Shown: in pieces, positions 58,940 through 63,263 of the stretch
Numbering within the stretch: position 1 is the stretch's first letter
Layout of the letters: each line of letters starts with the position of its first letter
From: Terriglobia bacterium
Lineage (GTDB): Bacteria; Acidobacteriota; Terriglobia; Bryobacterales; Bryobacteraceae
Direction of reading: 5' to 3'
Assembly (NCBI GenBank): GCA_019242155.1
Contig: JAFAWA010000038.1
Location: forward strand, 1-63,263
DNA length: 63,263 nt
Notes under the pieces: generated by a model
What the model saw: only the letters and a program-made list of their open reading frames with translations
The model's database searches: none
What the model was told of the DNA's origin: nothing
Position numbers and translations under genes: made by a program

Positions 58940-60177
58940 TGAATAACTCCTTCGGCGGCCTCGAGGCGGGCGATGCTCTGGCGGTAGTCCACCATGCCTC
59001 GCGTCCAAGCCAGTTCCGCATCCAGGCGCGATCGTTCTGCATCGAGCAGGCGAAGCAGGTCCGTCCCGCCCTCCGTATATGCCGCCGCGGCAATGGAGGC
59101 GATCTCGGCCGCGTGCTCGCGAAGAGGGCCGAGCGCATTACGCAACTCGGTGCGGCGCGATTCATATTCCTCGAGCGCAGTTTGATATTCCGCTCGAATC
59201 TCGGTTTCGGTTGCGGCCAGAATCTGCTCCTGCCGGCGCACTTGCGCCTCCGCTGCGCTCCGGTTTCCCTGATTCTTGTCGGTCGTAGGCAGCGTGATGC
59301 GCACGGAGACAATCGCCGTGTTCACTCCCGTGGGCGTGTCCGGCAACTGGGTACGTTTATAGCCGTACGTGACGTTTAAATCGGGGCGGGCTAATACGTC
59401 CTGAAGTCTCGCATTGGCTTTCGCCTCTTCGAGAGCGGCCCTTGCGACCTTCACTTCCATTCGGCGGTTGAGCGCTTCTTCCATGCCGAGGGGCGCAATC
59501 GCGATTTCGGAAGCCAACGGTTCGGTGAGGATCAGTTCGGAGAAGCCGGCGTCGCCCATCTGCTTCAGGAGATCGAGGCGAAACCGGTTCGCATCGATGG
59601 CCGCCAGATCCGCAGAGATCTGGACACGCTCCCCTTCTAAACGCACACGCAAAAAATCCTGTTCGGCGATTGCTCCTGCCCTGAGTTGCGCCGAATGGTA
59701 TTGGACGATGCGCTGAAAATTCTCCGCACTGGTCTTTAGCGCATCGCGAATGTGCTGCGCGCCGAGCGCTGCCCAGTACGCATTTTTCACCTGCGCGGCC
59801 ACCTCCCACCGCGCCAGCTCATACTCCGCCTGTGCGCGATTGACCCCCTCGCCCGCAAGGGCGATTCTCTGCCGCCGTTTCCCCAGTAGATCGAGCGGTT
59901 GATTGATCATGGCCAGAGTATCGACATCGCGTGTATATGTCTGACCTGGCCGCAGGTTCTCGTTCTGAAATTGAAATTCCGGGTTCGGGAAGAGCGCGGC
60001 CTGCCTTTTCAATGCCGTTGCGGCAGAAACCAGCTCCCGTTGAGCCTTCAGAGAAGCGCGTAATTGAAGCGCCTGTTCCATCGCCTCGCGAAGGCTGAGT
60101 TGCCGTTGCGCCCGGCACGGCGCTGCTCCTACTAAGGCGAACGCGAGGGCTGCCCAAATAAAAATTCCTCTCCTCAT
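58936..60177 (-). CDS. czcC: TolC-family outer-membrane efflux protein (CzcC-like)
   Basis: The likely start is ATG 60177 (MRRGIFIWAALAFALVGAAPCRAQ). It shows the two-repeat OEP pattern with long helices. Confidence 0.85.
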   Translation of the reverse strand: MRRGIFIWAALAFALVGAAPCRAQRQLSLREAMEQALQLRASLKAQRELVSAATALKRQAALFPNPEFQFQNENLRPGQTYTRDVDTLAMINQPLDLLGKRRQRIALAGEGVNRAQAEYELARWEVAAQVKNAYWAALGAQHIRDALKTSAENFQRIVQYHSAQLRAGAIAEQDFLRVRLEGERVQISADLAAIDANRFRLDLLKQMGDAGFSELILTEPLASEIAIAPLGMEEALNRRMEVKVARAALEEAKANARLQDVLARPDLNVTYGYKRTQLPDTPTGVNTAIVSVRITLPTTDKNQGNRSAAEAQVRRQEQILAATETEIRAEYQTALEEYESRRTELRNALGPLREHAAEIASIAAAAYTEGGTDLLRLLDAERSRLDAELAWTRGMVDYRQSIARLEAAEGVIQ

Positions 60178-60259
60178 AAACTCCTTTGAATGCAGGAATA
60201 ACCGTCGTAGCGCCGGCAGGCGCAAAGTCCGGACACACAAATGTCAGTGCTGGGGAGAG

Positions 60260-60637
60260 TTAGGCGGGCGGAGCTCTTGGAACAATCTGGTCAGCGCACG
60301 GCGGGTCGTGACCGCACTCCTCCACGACGGCGACGGGTTCGAAAGTCGGCGAGGGAATGGGCAGGATGGCCGGTGCGCGGGATGGAACAAAGGGCGCGAT
60401 TCCAGCGGTCAATACCAGGGTAAAAGCATCCACCTGCCAGACCGCCCGATGGTCGTCGTCATCATCGAAGTGACGGCCGCCGTGCCCGGTTTGCGGGATG
60501 GGTCCGCCGTAGAAATGCGCGTGGACTAACCCGGCGTGGTCGTGATCGCCGTCTCCCGTGTGAACGTGTTGGAACGGCGCCAGGGCAAAAGCCGTAAGCA
60601 GTCCGAGACACGTTTGCAGCGCGGCGAAACGACGCAT
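60260..60637 (-). CDS. Secreted His/Asp-rich small protein, first gene of the czc operon
   Basis: 125 aa with signal peptide MRRFAALQTCLGLLTAFALA. The next stretch is PFQHVHTGDGDHDHAGLVHAHFYGGPIPQTGHGGRHFDDDDDH, with 10 His in about 45 aa. A Pro-rich tail contains CGHDPPC. Confidence 0.6.
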   Translation of the reverse strand: MRRFAALQTCLGLLTAFALAPFQHVHTGDGDHDHAGLVHAHFYGGPIPQTGHGGRHFDDDDDHRAVWQVDAFTLVLTAGIAPFVPSRAPAILPIPSPTFEPVAVVEECGHDPPCADQIVPRAPPA

Positions 60638-60671
60638 TCCTTGTAGAGTCTACACCAAAAGGACGTGTTTC

Positions 60672-60705
60672 CCAGGTCACCGCAGGTCACTAACCGTCAT
60701 TGACC
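60672..60705. promoter_or_regulatory. GGTCAC direct repeats plus shared 12-mer upstream of the czc operon
   Basis: The sequence is CCAGGTCACcgCAGGTCACTAACCGtcatTGACC. GGTCAC occurs at 60675 and 60685 (10-bp spacing). GGTCACTAACCG at 60685-60696 is identical to 45749-45760. The array lies 38-68 bp upstream of the His-rich ORF start. Confidence 0.5.
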
Positions 60706-60729
60706 TACGGCCCGTATTGTTGCGCGGTG

Positions 60730-61782
<1,053 letters not shown>

Positions 61783-61907
61783 TTACGCGCGACAGCTACG
61801 AAACGTTGGTGATGTAATTTCGATTGTGTGAAAAGCAGGGAGGGTGTAAGTCTGGTTTGGCCTCACAAGCTAAAACCGATAAACCTTAGAAAAGGAGCTT
61901 ACACCCC

Positions 61908-63095
61908 ATGGCGAAAGTAGCACCGATCAGCGAACAGTTTCAACATTTCCTAACCGATCTCAAAGAAAGCTTCTGGGGAGATCTGTATGGCAAGACGAAG
62001 TTGGCATGGAAACAATTTTTCGATGGCGAATCGATGCGTGAGTGAGACCGGTTTTGCGGGGCGGGTTGGCACGAGCGAGCGCCCCAGAAAACCCGGGAGT
62101 ACCGCAATGGTTTCTATGAACGCGATTATGTGACGCGATTTGGAACGATCCGTCTGCGGATCGCGCGCAGCCGCGGCAAAGCGTTTCTGCCGAAGGGATT
62201 GAAAAAGTTCCAGCGGCGTGCCGAGGATGTGGCGTTGCTGATTCGCGAAGCCTTTCTGCGGGGAATCAGCACACGGCAAGTGGGTCGGGTAGTGGCCACG
62301 CTCACCGGAGAGCCGGTGAGCGCGCAAACGGTTTCCAAACTAACCCGGGATCTGGATGGGGCAGTGCGCCAGTTCCATCAGGCAAGGCTAAAGGACGAGT
62401 GGGTATACCTGTTTTTGGATGGGGTCAGCTTACGCATGCGGCGGCCCGGTAGCCGGAAACGTGTGCACATGCTGGTAGCCTATGGCATCCGAAAGGACGG
62501 AAGCCGGCAGTTACTGGCGTTTTTGCGCAGCTCCGGAGAAAGCCAGCAAGCTTGGGAGGGACTATTGAATGACTTGTATCGACGCGGTTTGGAGGGGGAG
62601 AAACTGGCGTTGATTGTTACTGATGGCTGTCCCGGACTGGCGGCCGCGATTGCCACGGTCTACCCGCGGGTATTGCATCAGCGCTGTTGGGTCCACAAGA
62701 TGCGGAATATTTTGGAAAAGGTTCGGAAACGGGATTATGAGGCGGTCCGGGAGGATGCCCAAGCTATCTATCGGGCCCAGAGTCGGGGGCAAGCCCGCCA
62801 GGCATATACGCGTTATTGCAGAAATTGGCAGAAGCTCTATCCGGCCGTGGTGTGGCGGTTGGAAAAGGATCTCCCCGACCTATTATCTTTCTATAGTTTT
62901 CCTCGGCATCTGTGGCGGAAACTCCGGACTACTAATGTCATTGAACGGTGTTTTGTGGAGGTGCGCCGACGCACACGACCGATGGTTTGTTTTGTGAATG
63001 TGGAAAGCGTGGACCGGATTATCTATTCGATCTTCCACCGGTTCAATTTGGAATGGAAAAATCGCATCCTCCCGGTTTTTACACAAGCGGCTTGA
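61908..63095 (+). pseudogene. IS256-family (mutator-type) transposase with one in-frame TGA at 62043-62045
   Basis: ATG 61908 follows AAGGAG and gives MAKVAPISEQFQHFLTDLKESFWGDLYGKTKLAWKQFFDGESMRE*. The same frame continues DRFCGAGWHERAPQKTREYRNGFYERDYVTRFGTIRLRIARSRGKAF...DG..GL..A...V..QRC.VHK.RN. The total is 395 codons, which is full IS256 length. Confidence 0.8.
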
Positions 63096-63125
63096 CATCA
63101 CCCAGCACAGCAGACCCCTGTGGCA

Positions 63126-63173
63126 GCAAAATAGAAATGTCACCTTTGGGCAAAGTAGAAATGTCACCTTGAC
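63126..63173. repeat. Two tandem 24-bp repeats GCAAA(A/G)TAGAAATGTCACCTT
   Basis: gcaaaatagaaatgtcacctt at 63126-63146 and gcaaagtagaaatgtcacctt at 63150-63170 match at 20/21 positions. They lie between the IS256 transposase stop and the next ORF. Confidence 0.8.
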
Positions 63174-63212
63174 AGCCCCAAGCTTTGGGGATGCAGGAAG
63201 GACAACTACTAA

Positions 63213-63263
63213 TGAGCCAAACCGATAGGGATCGGCTGGTGACGCTGCGCAAAGCCCACGAAC
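63213..63263 (+). CDS. 5' fragment of an ORF (MSQTDRDRLVTLRKAHE...), possibly an HTH-type transposase N-terminus; runs off the window
   Basis: The ATG at 63213 is preceded by ggaagga. The pattern M..e.dRl.vl.k resembles N-termini of IS481/ISNCY-type transposases from memory. With only 17 codons visible, this is weak. Confidence 0.25.

Larger units (their letters stand above)
61808..63173 (+). mobile_element. IS256-family insertion sequence (ends only tentatively placed)
   Basis: Transposase as above. A weak inverted similarity links ggtgatgtaatttcgattgtgtg (about 61808-61830) to the reverse complement of the 63126-63170 repeats (ggtgacatttctattttgctg). No clear target-site duplication was seen. 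Confidence 0.35.

Noticed and set aside
62043-62045. The in-frame TGA in the IS256 transposase read as selenocysteine.
   Set aside because: I could not see a convincing SECIS-like hairpin immediately downstream, and transposases are not known selenoproteins. A nonsense mutation or sequencing error is more parsimonious.

Overview
High-GC bacterial chromosomal window. The gene content looks Acidobacteriota-like, with many DUF1501/DUF1800/DUF1552/DUF1592 'planctomycete-type' genes; that taxonomic call is inference only.

The first half is the replication-origin neighbourhood and is mostly housekeeping:
- tolQ-tolR-tonB/tolA-tolB, recN, and gyrB-dnaN-dnaA with no recF.
- tRNA-Gly(GCC), bacterioferritin, an orphan ABC ATPase, DinB, a fused membrane/spermidine-synthase-like protein, and gcdH.
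- A DUF1800/DUF1501 pair, malQ, and a TPR+barrel / GHL-like pair.
- merR, then parB-parA with two parS sites, rsmG, mnmG, and purD.
- A likely VOC-ankyrin-DUF1592-DUF1552 operon, which looks translationally coupled.
- An MBL-fold gene followed by purB.

The accessory half (about 39-61 kb) looks like a metal/redox island:
- A co-directional cluster runs from a monoheme cytochrome c fused to a predicted beta-barrel (Cyc2-like architecture), through a pentaheme cytochrome, DUF1800, DUF1501 and a PepSY-TM protein, to a TonB-dependent receptor.
- It is followed by a BNR propeller, a second PepSY-TM protein and a class-II cytochrome c.
- Two divergent paralogs of a small secreted His-His protein come next.
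- A His-rich ORF-czcCBA-PepSY operon closes the island.

A GGTCAC/GTGACC motif recurs in at least six intergenic regions of this island. It is helically phased and includes shared 12- and 13-mers, which suggests a common regulator or a repeat family.

The window ends with mdh and an IS256-family transposase carrying one in-frame TGA. No rRNA, CRISPR array, prophage or recognisable defence system was seen.
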